A stretch of 64,000 nt of DNA, taken from contig NZ_JBILQK010000001.1 in assembly GCF_044373315.1 (NCBI RefSeq), forward strand, positions 39,639-103,638, read 5' to 3'. The first letter of the stretch is position 1; each line of letters begins with the position of its first letter. The stretch is from Roseateles sp. Its GTDB lineage: Bacteria; Pseudomonadota; Gammaproteobacteria; Burkholderiales; Burkholderiaceae_C. The position numbers were made by a program, and so were the translations under genes. The notes beneath the pieces are model-generated. The model saw nothing but the letters and a program-made list of their open reading frames with translations, was not told the origin of the DNA and did no database searches. Shown piece by piece: positions 1-10,828 of this stretch.

Positions 1-1
1 G

Positions 2-1429
2 ATGGTGACCGGCGCACCGGCCACGGCCGTGATCTACCCGATGGTGCTGGCCGGCGTGTCCATCATCGCCTCCATCATCGGCTGCGGTTTCGTCAAGGCC
101 AGCCCCGGTATGAAGAACGTGATGCCGGCGCTCTACAAGGGCCTGGTCGTTGCGGGAGTGCTGTCGCTGGTGGCCTTCTACTTCATCACCACCGCGATGT
201 TCCCGCAGCCGGTCACGATGACCGGCGGCATGACGGCCAGCGCCATGCAACTGTTCGGCGCCTGTGTGGTTGGCCTGCTGCTGACCGCCGCGATGGTTTG
301 GATCACCGAGTTCTACACCGGCACGCAATACAGCCCGGTGCAGCACATTGCGCAGGCCTCGACCACCGGCCACGGCACCAACATCATTGCCGGTCTGGGC
401 GTCAGCATGAAGAGCACGGCCTACCCGGTGATCTTCATCTGCGTGGCCATCTACGCGGCCTACGCGCTGGCTGGCCTGTACGGCATCGCCGTCGCCGCGA
501 CCTCGATGCTGAGCATGGCCGGCATCGTTGTGGCACTTGATGCCTACGGCCCGATCACCGACAACGCCGGCGGCATCGCCGAAATGGCCGAACTGCCCAG
601 CAGCGTGCGCGACGTGACAGATCCGCTGGACGCCGTCGGCAACACCACCAAGGCCGTCACCAAGGGCTATGCGATCGGCTCGGCCGGCCTGGCAGCGCTG
701 GTGCTGTTCGCCGACTACACACATGCGCTGGAAGCACGCGGCATGTCGCTGAGCTTCGACCTGAGCGACCACAAGGTCATCGTCGGCCTCTTCATCGGCG
801 GCCTGATCCCTTACCTGTTCGGTGCCATGGCGATGGAAGCCGTGGGCCGCGCCGCTGGCGCAGTGGTGGTGGAAGTGCGCCGCCAGTTTCAGGGCGGCGA
901 GATCATGGCCGGCACCAAGAAGCCTGACTACAGCGCGGCCGTCGACATGCTGACCACCGCGGCGATCAAGGAAATGATCGTGCCCTCGCTGCTGCCGGTG
1001 GTGGCCCCCATCCTGGTGGGCATGCTGCTCGGCCCTGCAGCACTGGGAGGCCTCTTGATGGGCACCATCGTCACCGGCCTGTTCGTCGGTATCTCGATGT
1101 GCACCGGCGGTGGCGCCTGGGACAACGCCAAGAAGCTGATCGAGGAAGGCTTCAAGGACGCTGATGGCGTGCTGCACAAGAAGGGCAGCGAGGCGCACAA
1201 GGCCGCCGTGACCGGCGACACCGTGGGCGACCCCTACAAGGACACCGCCGGCCCGGCCGTAAACCCGCTGATCAAGATCATCAACATCGTCGCCTTGCTG
1301 ATCGTGCCCTTGCTGCCCATGACCAGCAATGGCCACAAGGCCGCAGAGCCTGCCGCTGCGGTCATGCCCGCCAGCGCGGTGCCGGCGTCGGTGGCTAGCG
1401 CTGCTGAACCTTCGGCCTCCAAGCCCTGA
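2..1429 (+). CDS. hppA: Membrane-bound proton-translocating inorganic pyrophosphatase, C-terminal ~475 aa (5' end outside window)
   Basis: The ORF is open to the window edge. It is a polytopic hydrophobic protein with M-PPase hallmark motifs [19 protein letters not shown] and [21 protein letters not shown]. It has an Ala/Pro/Ser-rich C-terminal tail and a strong terminator follows. Confidence 0.93.
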   Translation: MVTGAPATAVIYPMVLAGVSIIASIIGCGFVKASPGMKNVMPALYKGLVVAGVLSLVAFYFITTAMFPQPVTMTGGMTASAMQLFGACVVGLLLTAAMVWITEFYTGTQYSPVQHIAQASTTGHGTNIIAGLGVSMKSTAYPVIFICVAIYAAYALAGLYGIAVAATSMLSMAGIVVALDAYGPITDNAGGIAEMAELPSSVRDVTDPLDAVGNTTKAVTKGYAIGSAGLAALVLFADYTHALEARGMSLSFDLSDHKVIVGLFIGGLIPYLFGAMAMEAVGRAAGAVVVEVRRQFQGGEIMAGTKKPDYSAAVDMLTTAAIKEMIVPSLLPVVAPILVGMLLGPAALGGLLMGTIVTGLFVGISMCTGGGAWDNAKKLIEEGFKDADGVLHKKGSEAHKAAVTGDTVGDPYKDTAGPAVNPLIKIINIVALLIVPLLPMTSNGHKAAEPAAAVMPASAVPASVASAAEPSASKP

Positions 1430-1470
1430 GTCAGGATTGCCGCCCCTCAGGATTACCCTGAGACGCACAG

Positions 1471-1497
1471 AACAGCCCGCCTTGGCGGGCTGTTTTT
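1471..1497 (+). terminator. Rho-independent terminator after hppA
   Basis: Perfect 10-bp stem AACAGCCCGC / GCGGGCTGTT with loop cttg, followed by a T run. Confidence 0.85.
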
Positions 1498-1581
1498 CAT
1501 TCCGGGCGGGCAAGTCCGAGACACAATGGAGGCACACGCAAGCTGCGGCCGGACTGAACCACAAGACAGGACCGAAGGGAC

Positions 1582-2427
1582 ATGATGCATCTGGCGATCA
1601 CCCGCCATGAACTGGAGCGCAGGAAGGCCCAACTGGCCGACCTGCAGCGCTACCTCAGCAGCCAGGAGCAGGACTACCGGACCCTGCGTGCGCAGTTGCA
1701 GGCCTTTATCGACCGCTATGTGTCCCAACTCGGCGAGCTTTACCTCGAACATGATTCGCTCGAGTCGCAGCTGCACACGGCCATGGTGCTGCTCAGCGAA
1801 GCGCTGCGCCGTCACGGCATGGATGCACGCGAGCCGGTGCTGCCCAAGGCCACGGTCTTGCCCAGCCTGAAGCACCTTCCCGATGCTGCACCGCTGCCCG
1901 CACCGCCCCAAGGCGGCCTCGCAGAGGCAGCGCCGCCGACGCTGAAGCAGCTCTACCGCCGCGCCGCGATGCGCCTTCATCCGGACCTGGCACAGGGTGA
2001 CCTGCAGCGCTGCGAGCGCGAGCAGCAGATGCGCACGGTCAACGAGTGTTACGCCGCCGGTGACCGATTGCGCCTGGAGTCCCTGCTGCTGGCTGCCGGC
2101 GAGGACCCTGTCAAGGTCAGCGGCAGTGACCGCTCAGCGCAGCTTGAGTGGCTCAAGCGCGCCGAGACTCTGGTGCAAGGGCGTCTGCGCGTCGTGCAAG
2201 CCCATCTGGCCGAACTCGAGGCGCATGCCATGCATCGCCTGTGGCTGGCCATCACACAGGCCGAAGCCAAAGGTCTGGACCCGCTTTCCGTCATGGCCAA
2301 CCGCCTGCGCGCCCAGATCGCAGAGCGCCGGCAGGAGCTCTATATCGGACTGCGCCTGCAGCCCGAATCCGCCCTGGCGAGCGACTTTCTGCGCCGGCGC
2401 TGCGAGCGCATCGGCAGCGCCTGCTGA
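1582..2427 (+). CDS. J-domain (DnaJ-like) protein with coiled-coil-like flanks
   Basis: Central segment LKQLYRRAAMRLHPDLAQGD carries the diagnostic HPD tripeptide. There is no G/F or zinc-finger region. An AAGGGA Shine-Dalgarno-like motif sits just upstream of the ATG. Confidence 0.6.
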   Translation: MMHLAITRHELERRKAQLADLQRYLSSQEQDYRTLRAQLQAFIDRYVSQLGELYLEHDSLESQLHTAMVLLSEALRRHGMDAREPVLPKATVLPSLKHLPDAAPLPAPPQGGLAEAAPPTLKQLYRRAAMRLHPDLAQGDLQRCEREQQMRTVNECYAAGDRLRLESLLLAAGEDPVKVSGSDRSAQLEWLKRAETLVQGRLRVVQAHLAELEAHAMHRLWLAITQAEAKGLDPLSVMANRLRAQIAERRQELYIGLRLQPESALASDFLRRRCERIGSAC

Positions 2428-2458
2428 GCGCCGGCCGCCGCACGCGCGACGGCCAGGA

Positions 2459-4645
<2,187 letters not shown>

Positions 4646-4697
4646 CATCCTGCGCCAAGACCGCCGAAGACCTCTGGCGTTCTGCTAGCCTGATCGC

Positions 4698-5072
4698 ATG
4701 CTACCCCGCACCGTCACCGAACGTCATGGCGCCTGGCGTCTCATCCTGCTCGCACTGTTGCTGCTCATCAGCTACCTGGCGCTGAGCCCCGCCCCCCCGC
4801 GCGGTGTGGATACTGGCTGGGACAAGCTCAATCACCTGCTGGCCTTCGCCGCTCTTGCCTTGGCGGCCTGCTTCAGCACCCGCGCCTCGGTCATTCGGAT
4901 CGGCGCTTCGGCGCTCGGTCTGCTGGCCTATGGCGGCTTGATCGAGCTGCTACAAAGCCAGTTGCCGCCGCGCCAGGGCGAATGGGCCGACCTGCTGGCC
5001 GACGCCCTGGGCATCGCCCTGGGGCTGGCGGCCGCGGCCTTGTTGCGTCGCCTGTCCAGGCCTGCTGCCTGA
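4698..5072 (+). CDS. VanZ-like small membrane protein
   Basis: 124 aa with about 4 hydrophobic helices. The WDKLNHLLAFAALA and LIELLQ ... DLLADALG pattern is typical of the VanZ family. Confidence 0.6.
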   Translation: MLPRTVTERHGAWRLILLALLLLISYLALSPAPPRGVDTGWDKLNHLLAFAALALAACFSTRASVIRIGASALGLLAYGGLIELLQSQLPPRQGEWADLLADALGIALGLAAAALLRRLSRPAA

Positions 5073-5153
5073 CGTGCCGTGACCTTTGGCGACTCGACCC
5101 AAGCGCAGACATAATCGCCACCCGTTGTTTCTGCCCCAACAGGGAGGCCTCGC

Positions 5154-5435
5154 ATGAAAGCCGTTTGGATGGACACCATCATCGCCGAGAGCGAGGACAC
5201 CGTCGTGGTGGACGGCGATCACTACTTTCCGCAGAGCTCGCTCAAGCGTGAATACACCAGCTTCAGCAACCACCGCCGCATGTGCTCTGAAAAAGGTCAG
5301 GCCCACTACCTATCCTTGATGGTCAGGGGCGAGTTCAAACCGGACGCCGTCTGGTTCTATCCCGAGCCGCGTCCAGGCTCAGAGGCGCTTGCGGAGCGCG
5401 TCGCCTTTGCACGAGGAGTTCAAATTGTCGAATAG
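5154..5435 (+). CDS. DUF427 domain protein
   Basis: 93 aa with the characteristic ...IAESEDTVVVDGDHYFP... and AVWFYPEP segments. Confidence 0.7.
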   Translation: MKAVWMDTIIAESEDTVVVDGDHYFPQSSLKREYTSFSNHRRMCSEKGQAHYLSLMVRGEFKPDAVWFYPEPRPGSEALAERVAFARGVQIVE

Positions 5436-6309
5436 CTCTCTGAAACTGCTTGCGTTGGGTGTCGCGCTGCTACTTCCCACCGCGCTGTGGGCGGCGGAGG
5501 CCGCCAAGAAACCTATCGCCCTGGTCAGCGCCGTGGGCGACCAGCTGACCCTGGTGCGCCAGAAGGAAGGCATCGGCAGCAATATCGAGCCCTTCACCCG
5601 GCGCGAGCTGCAACTCAACGGCCAGAGCCTGAACTTCGCCATGCTGCGCGGCCTGGACAAGGCCCTGGAACTCGAAGAGCCTCAGACGCCGCGGGTGCTG
5701 CTGCGCTGGGAGGCGCCTGAAGAGACCCGCAAGGCGCTGGCCGAGAGCCAAGGCCGCGAACGCGACGATGCCGTGCTGCAGGCGCTGATCAGCCATCTGC
5801 GCAGCCTGCCCGAGCGCGGCCAATGGAGCCGCATCGAAGCGCTGCTGCCCAAGTTCTTCCGTCACCAGGCCCGCGGCATGGGCACCAAGCTGGCTGGCAT
5901 CGGCATCTACACCCAGCCGCTGGAAAGTGGCCAGATCGACCTCAGTGGTGATGGCGTGGCCACGGCGATCGAAGGGCCTGCCGACGGCCACAACCGCACC
6001 ATCAACCCGACCACTGGCGAGTACGGCCGTGCCAGCACCTATGTCGCGCCCTATGTGTATTTCGAGCGTGTCACGCTGGATGCGCAGACCCTGGCCGTGA
6101 TCGGCCGCAAGAGCCAGTTCGACAACGTCAAGTACCACGACCCGATGGCGACAGCCAACGATGTCTTCAAGCACCTGCCGCTGAACGACTTGCTGGGGCG
6201 CCTGATGGATCTGGCAGAGCGCTCAGCCTATCAATCGGTGCGCGGCAAGGAAGGCAGCGTCGAGGTCAGCACGCCGCGCGAATTGCCAGCGAGCGCGCCA
6301 AAGCGCTGA
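5425..6309 (+). CDS. Exported hypothetical protein (signal peptide, no family recognised)
   Basis: There is a signal-like N-terminus LKLLALGVALLLPTALWAAEA. The only start that retains it is non-ATG: TTG at 5425, 7 nt after AGGAG. It overlaps the DUF427 stop by 11 nt. The balanced composition contrasts with the Arg/Ala-rich antisense ORF. Confidence 0.6.
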   Translation: MSNSSLKLLALGVALLLPTALWAAEAAKKPIALVSAVGDQLTLVRQKEGIGSNIEPFTRRELQLNGQSLNFAMLRGLDKALELEEPQTPRVLLRWEAPEETRKALAESQGRERDDAVLQALISHLRSLPERGQWSRIEALLPKFFRHQARGMGTKLAGIGIYTQPLESGQIDLSGDGVATAIEGPADGHNRTINPTTGEYGRASTYVAPYVYFERVTLDAQTLAVIGRKSQFDNVKYHDPMATANDVFKHLPLNDLLGRLMDLAERSAYQSVRGKEGSVEVSTPRELPASAPKR

Positions 6310-6324
6310 GGCCCGCCGGCTCGC

Positions 6325-7299
6325 TCAGTCAGCGCTCACCAGGGAGGCCAGGCGCACCACGGTCACACCTGCGCGCGCCTGGCGCGTGGACGGCATCACC
6401 AGCACGCAATCGTCGAAAGGCGTGAGCACGGGCTCGCCATCGTTGTCACCGATCACGGTGCCGGCCTTGGCGATGCGCTCGAGCCCGGTGTAGGGGGCAA
6501 CGAAGCTGAAGTGTTCACTGCGCGCAACCACGGCAGCGCGCACCTGCAGCGCCAGCGCCGGCATCGCCGCATCGTGCTGAAGCCAGCCTGGCAATGTCGC
6601 CTCCAACTCCACACGGTCCAGCAAATCAGCGGCCAGCAACAGACGGGCGCAGTAGTCCTGCGCGACCTCGCGGCTGGAGCGATCGAGGTGGTAGCCGCAT
6701 TCCAGCAGCAGCGAGCGCGTCGGGCCGGCCGATTCATCGCTGCCAGAGAAGCGCCCGTAGTCACGCATGCGCACGCCGTCGGAGTGCCCGGCGTCGATCA
6801 CGATCGCGGCACGACCGGCCAAACTGCGCGCCAGCGCCAGATTGCGCGGCTGCAAGCCAGTGAGCAGCAGCGGCGCCGAAGGCTCGTGCATCGAGTGCAG
6901 ATCGAGCAGCCAATCCGCCTGCTCGACGAAAGGTCGCAGCTCGGCCGCGCGGCGGCGTTCCTGACTGCTGGGAGTCGCCAGCCGCTCGTCCGTCCACTGG
7001 CGATTCATGTCTTCGTCCACGAAGCGGGCCGCGTCGTGATTCGACGCGTCGAAGCGATCAAAGGCCTGCAGATTGCAGAACGCCAAGGTCAGGCGGCCGC
7101 GCTGCGGGCGCAGCCCCTGGCGCAACATCCCCAGCAAGGCCCAGGCGCCACAGAGCTCATTGCCATGCACCAGCGCCGCAATCATCAGGTGGCGACCAGC
7201 ACGGCCGCTGTCGAACTGCCACACCCCTTCGGTACCGGTATTGCCGGTGCGCCAACTGCCCAGCTCAGGCTTCTCCAGAGTCTGCTGCATAGCGCTCAC
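6325..7299 (-). CDS. Succinylglutamate desuccinylase/aspartoacylase (AstE/AspA, M14-like) family protein
   Basis: The ALVHGNELCG zinc-ligand motif lies near the N-terminus at a family-typical length. The start overlaps the upstream TctC stop by 4 nt. Confidence 0.8.
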   Translation of the reverse strand: MSAMQQTLEKPELGSWRTGNTGTEGVWQFDSGRAGRHLMIAALVHGNELCGAWALLGMLRQGLRPQRGRLTLAFCNLQAFDRFDASNHDAARFVDEDMNRQWTDERLATPSSQERRRAAELRPFVEQADWLLDLHSMHEPSAPLLLTGLQPRNLALARSLAGRAAIVIDAGHSDGVRMRDYGRFSGSDESAGPTRSLLLECGYHLDRSSREVAQDYCARLLLAADLLDRVELEATLPGWLQHDAAMPALALQVRAAVVARSEHFSFVAPYTGLERIAKAGTVIGDNDGEPVLTPFDDCVLVMPSTRQARAGVTVVRLASLVSAD

Positions 7300-8288
7300 T
7301 CCGCTTCGATCTTGGCAAACTCGACAATCTTGGCGAAGCGTTCGACCTCGCTGCGCACGAACCTGCGGCCATCCAGATCCGGCGTCAACGTCAGGCCTGC
7401 AGCTTGCAGCTTGGCGATCACGTCAGGCTGTCGCAGCACCTCACGCAGCTCTTTTTGCAGCTGACCCAGGGCGGGCGCTGGCGTCTTGGCCGGCGCAAAC
7501 AGACCAAACCAGACGCCCAGATCGACACCGCCAAATGTCTTGTCTTCGGCCAAAGCCGGAATCTGCGGCGCCGCAGCGGAGCGCTTGGCGCTGGTAACGC
7601 CGATGGCCTTCATCCGGCCTTCCTGGATATGCGGCAAGGCACTGGACAGTACGAACACCGCAAAGTCCACCTGGCCACCCAGAAGATCCGTCACCATCGG
7701 CGCCGCACCGCGGTAAGGGATGTGCAGCATGAAGAGCCGGCCTTCGCTCTTGATCAGCTCACCCGCTAGGTGCAGCGGCGTTCCGATGCCCGAACTGGCA
7801 TAGGCCAGCTTGCCGGGCCGCGCAGCCACATGGCTGCGAAAGCTGGCGATGTCGCTCACCGGCACCCGCGGCGTGGTCACCAGCACCAGGGGCTGGCTCC
7901 CGATCATCCCGACCGGCGCCAGATCGGTCAGCGCGTTGTAGCGCGAGCGCTTGGAGATCAGTGCATTGATGCCCACCTCGCTGGGCGACCCCATCAGCAA
8001 TGTATAGCCGTCCGGCTGCGCCGCCACGACGCGGTAGGCGCCCAATGTGCCGCCCGCGCCGGCCACGTTCTCGACCAGCACCTGCTGACCCAGGCGCTTG
8101 GAGAGCTCCGGCGCGACGGTACGCGCCACCAGGTCCACGCTGCCGCCGGCGGCATAGCCGACCACCAGCGTGATCGGGCGTTTCGGAAAGGCTTCAGCGC
8201 CGGTCTGTGCCTGCGCAGGCCCCGCGCCCAGAGTCAAGCCAAGCATGGCGGCCAAAAGGGCGCGGCGAAGTGAAAGCGGTGCAGACAT
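7296..8288 (-). CDS. Bug/TctC-family tripartite tricarboxylate transporter substrate-binding protein
   Basis: Signal peptide LLAAMLGLTLGAGPAQA followed by the family signature VVGYAAGGSVDLVARTVAP...VENVAGAGG. The start was chosen at MSAPLSL (ATG 8288). Confidence 0.85.
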   Translation of the reverse strand: MSAPLSLRRALLAAMLGLTLGAGPAQAQTGAEAFPKRPITLVVGYAAGGSVDLVARTVAPELSKRLGQQVLVENVAGAGGTLGAYRVVAAQPDGYTLLMGSPSEVGINALISKRSRYNALTDLAPVGMIGSQPLVLVTTPRVPVSDIASFRSHVAARPGKLAYASSGIGTPLHLAGELIKSEGRLFMLHIPYRGAAPMVTDLLGGQVDFAVFVLSSALPHIQEGRMKAIGVTSAKRSAAAPQIPALAEDKTFGGVDLGVWFGLFAPAKTPAPALGQLQKELREVLRQPDVIAKLQAAGLTLTPDLDGRRFVRSEVERFAKIVEFAKIEAE

Positions 8289-8373
8289 GGTGAGCGGTCT
8301 CGCGGGGTTGCTGGAAATTGGCGCCATCTTCCCGGCCGGCACTGCGCCGGCACTTGCCGATCCAGCAACAGAG

Positions 8374-8390
8374 ATTGCCTTGTCGGCAAT
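8374..8390. promoter_or_regulatory. LysR-type T-N11-A dyad (ATTGCC-ttgtc-GGCAAT) upstream of the TctC gene
   Basis: A perfect 6-bp inverted repeat containing TGCC-N5-GGCA (T-N11-A). It lies between the LysR stop (8400) and the TctC start (8288). Confidence 0.3.
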
Positions 8391-8399
8391 GCTCCTCGC

Positions 8400-9263
8400 T
8401 CAGCGGCTGTGCGCCACCAAGGCGTCCCAGACCTGGGCCACCGCGACAGACGGCGGGCGCTTGCGGCGGAACAGCCGCGTCTCGAAGGGGATCTGCCAGG
8501 CCGGCTCGCCCCAGAGGGTCAGCAGACCGGTGCGAATGTCCGCGGCCACCATGGACAGCGGCAACCAAGCCAGACCCATGCCGCGCTGGGCGTACTCGCG
8601 CAAGGAATCCACCGAGTCGCAGCGCATGGCCAACTCCAGCGTCGGCACACCGGGCAAGTGGGCCAGGTGGTCATCGACAAGCCGACCCAGAGCCTGGCTC
8701 GGGTCATAGGCCAGCAGGCGCGGCAGGCCCTTGCCTTGGCCACGCATCACCGGCACCAGCCGATCATCCGCACCGCGCGCCTGGATGAAGCGCCGGCCGT
8801 CCAGGCGCAAAGCCAGTGCCGGGTGGTGATAGCTCAGCAGGATGTCGACCGCATCGCGCTCCAGCAACTCGCTGGCTTCGGCCATCAAGCGCGTCATCAC
8901 CTGCACCTGGGGTGCATCACGGCGGCGCATCAGCGGCGCCAGCGCATCCGCGACGACACCGCGCGCCAAAGCACGGCCGGTGGCCAGACGCACCAAGGAA
9001 TCATGCGCGCCCTGGGCGAGCTCCTGCCGCAGAAGCTCAAGTTCACGCGTTGTCGCGACCGCCTGCTCGCACAGGCGAAGCCCGGCCAACGTAAGGCGCA
9101 CCGGCTGGCTGTCGCGTTCAAACAGCCGCGTGCCGGCCCAGGCCTCCAGTGCCTTGAGCCGCCGGCCGAACGCCGGCGCGGTGACATGGCGCCGGTCTGC
9201 GGCCGCCTTGAAGCTGCCCAGCTCCGCCACGGCCTGCAGATCGGCCAGCCACTTCAGCAGCAC
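8400..9263 (-). CDS. LysR-family transcriptional regulator
   Basis: N-terminal wHTH LQAVAELGSFKAAADRRHVTAPAFGRRLKALEAWAG and a 287-aa LysR architecture. Confidence 0.85.
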   Translation of the reverse strand: MLLKWLADLQAVAELGSFKAAADRRHVTAPAFGRRLKALEAWAGTRLFERDSQPVRLTLAGLRLCEQAVATTRELELLRQELAQGAHDSLVRLATGRALARGVVADALAPLMRRRDAPQVQVMTRLMAEASELLERDAVDILLSYHHPALALRLDGRRFIQARGADDRLVPVMRGQGKGLPRLLAYDPSQALGRLVDDHLAHLPGVPTLELAMRCDSVDSLREYAQRGMGLAWLPLSMVAADIRTGLLTLWGEPAWQIPFETRLFRRKRPPSVAVAQVWDALVAHSR

Positions 9264-9269
9264 GGCAGC

Positions 9270-10592
9270 TCAGGGCGCAGCGACGACAGTGGCCGCGCAA
9301 TCGCCGAAGCCGATGCGCCGGGCTCCCTTGGCGTGCGCAAAACCGCGCAGGATCACACTGTCGCCATCCTGCAAAAAGGTGCGCGCCTCGCCATTGGGCA
9401 ACGTGATCGCCTGCTTGCCACCCTGGCTCAACTCCAGCAGCGAACCGCCCTCACCCGCCTCAGGGCCGCTCTGGGTGCCAGTGCCCAGCAGATCGCCAGG
9501 CTGCAGATTGCAGCCATTGCTGGCGTGGTGGGTGAGCATCTGCGCCAGCGTCCAATAGGCGTATTTGAAATTGGAGCGCATCAGGCGCACCGCCGGCTGG
9601 CCGGCGGTGCGCATCTGCGCGGTCTGCAGCCAGACTTCCAGCTCGATGCCGTAGTTGCCGCCGGCGCGATTGGCCGGCGAGTCGAGATAGGGCAGCGGCT
9701 GCGGATCGCCCTCGGGCCGCGTGAACGGCAGGCGGAAGGGCTCCAGCGCCTCCATCGTGACGATCCAGGGCGAGATCGTCGACGCGAAGTTCTTGGCCAG
9801 GAAAGGCCCAAGCGGCTGGTATTCCCAGGCCTGCAGATCGCGCGCCGACCAGTCGTTGAGCAGGCTGAGGCCGAACATGTGCTGCTCGGCCTCGGCCATG
9901 GGAATCGGCTCACCCAGCGCATTGCCGCCGGCAACGAAGAGGCCCAGCTCCAGCTCGTAGTCCAGGCGCTTGCAGGGGCCGAACACCGGCGCCTCGGCAT
10001 CTGGCGCCTTCAACTGACCCAGGGGCCGGCGCACAGTGCCACCGGAAACGCCGATCGAGGAGCTGCGGCCGTGATAGCCGATCGGCACCCATTTGTAATT
10101 GGGCAGCAGCGGGTTGTCGGGGCGGAACAGCTTGCCCACCGTGGTGGCGTGGTGGATGCCTGTGTAGAAGTCGGTGTAGTCGGCAATGCGGCAAGGCACG
10201 GCCATCTCGGCCTCATTCTGAGGCAGCAAGCAGCCGCTCAGTTTGGCGTCCAGGCCCGAGTCGGCATGTAGCGCGTCGAACAGCGCCAGGCGCAGTGCGC
10301 GGCGCTTTTCTTGCGGCAGGGCCATGAAGCGATTCAGGTCGCCTTCGGCCAGCGGCTGCAGCAGCACCAGCGTGTCGCTGCTCCAGCAGCTGGCTTGCGC
10401 CGCGCGCTTCAGGTCCAGGATCTGGTCGCCGATGGCGACGCCGACACGCCAGTCCTGCTGGCTGCCGGCACGGCGAAACAGGCCGTAGGGCAGGTTCTGC
10501 AGTGGAAAGTCGGCGTCGGCTGCGTTGGCGCTGGGCACCCAGCTTTGCGCTTCGGGATCGTGGGTGTGGTCGGTCAAAGTCATCGTCGTCAT
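9270..10592 (-). CDS. fahA: Fumarylacetoacetase (fumarylacetoacetate hydrolase)
   Basis: 440 aa with an N-terminal FAH domain (FPLQNLPYGLFRR) and a C-terminal FAA-hydrolase core (YTDFYTGIHHATTVG, LLNDWSARDLQAWEYQPLGPFLAKNF). Confidence 0.9.
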   Translation of the reverse strand: MTTMTLTDHTHDPEAQSWVPSANAADADFPLQNLPYGLFRRAGSQQDWRVGVAIGDQILDLKRAAQASCWSSDTLVLLQPLAEGDLNRFMALPQEKRRALRLALFDALHADSGLDAKLSGCLLPQNEAEMAVPCRIADYTDFYTGIHHATTVGKLFRPDNPLLPNYKWVPIGYHGRSSSIGVSGGTVRRPLGQLKAPDAEAPVFGPCKRLDYELELGLFVAGGNALGEPIPMAEAEQHMFGLSLLNDWSARDLQAWEYQPLGPFLAKNFASTISPWIVTMEALEPFRLPFTRPEGDPQPLPYLDSPANRAGGNYGIELEVWLQTAQMRTAGQPAVRLMRSNFKYAYWTLAQMLTHHASNGCNLQPGDLLGTGTQSGPEAGEGGSLLELSQGGKQAITLPNGEARTFLQDGDSVILRGFAHAKGARRIGFGDCAATVVAAP

Positions 10593-10598
10593 CTCGTT

Positions 10599-10814
10599 TC
10601 AGGCGGCCGCAGTCCGGGCCAGCGTGTTCTCGCGCGCCAGGTTCAGTGCCGCAACAAGCACCTCCTGAACGCCGATATGGTTGGAAAGGATCAGCGCCAG
10701 CTTGGCCAGCAGCATGTCTGCCTGCTCCTCGCTGAGGCCGCGCTGGGCGTCAATCAGGGCTTCGTAGAAGCCATCGGTGTCTTCCAGATTGGGCAAGCGT
10801 TGCAGATCAGCCAT
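10599..10814 (-). CDS. DUF2783 small protein
   Basis: 71 aa, NLEDTDGFYEALIDAQRGLSEEQADMLLAKLALILSNHIG, typical of DUF2783. It lies immediately downstream of an FAD monooxygenase. Confidence 0.7.
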   Translation of the reverse strand: MADLQRLPNLEDTDGFYEALIDAQRGLSEEQADMLLAKLALILSNHIGVQEVLVAALNLARENTLARTAAA

Positions 10815-10828
10815 CGCGGCCTCCTCGC

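Noticed and set aside
1431-1465. Direct repeat TCAGGATT(G/A)CC x2 just after the hppA stop
   Set aside because: It is only two short copies next to the terminator. That is too little information to assign a function.
8409-10271. 620-aa plus-strand ORF. Similar long ORFs occur at 33749-35602, 41981-43363, 50301-51854, 51751-53358 and 55013-56719.
   Set aside because: All are antisense or out-of-frame shadows of genes with clear family motifs (LysR/FahA, the FecR-like gene, OMF, the ABC exporter, ntrC, glnA). They show the typical Arg/Ala/Gly/Pro-rich shadow-ORF composition.
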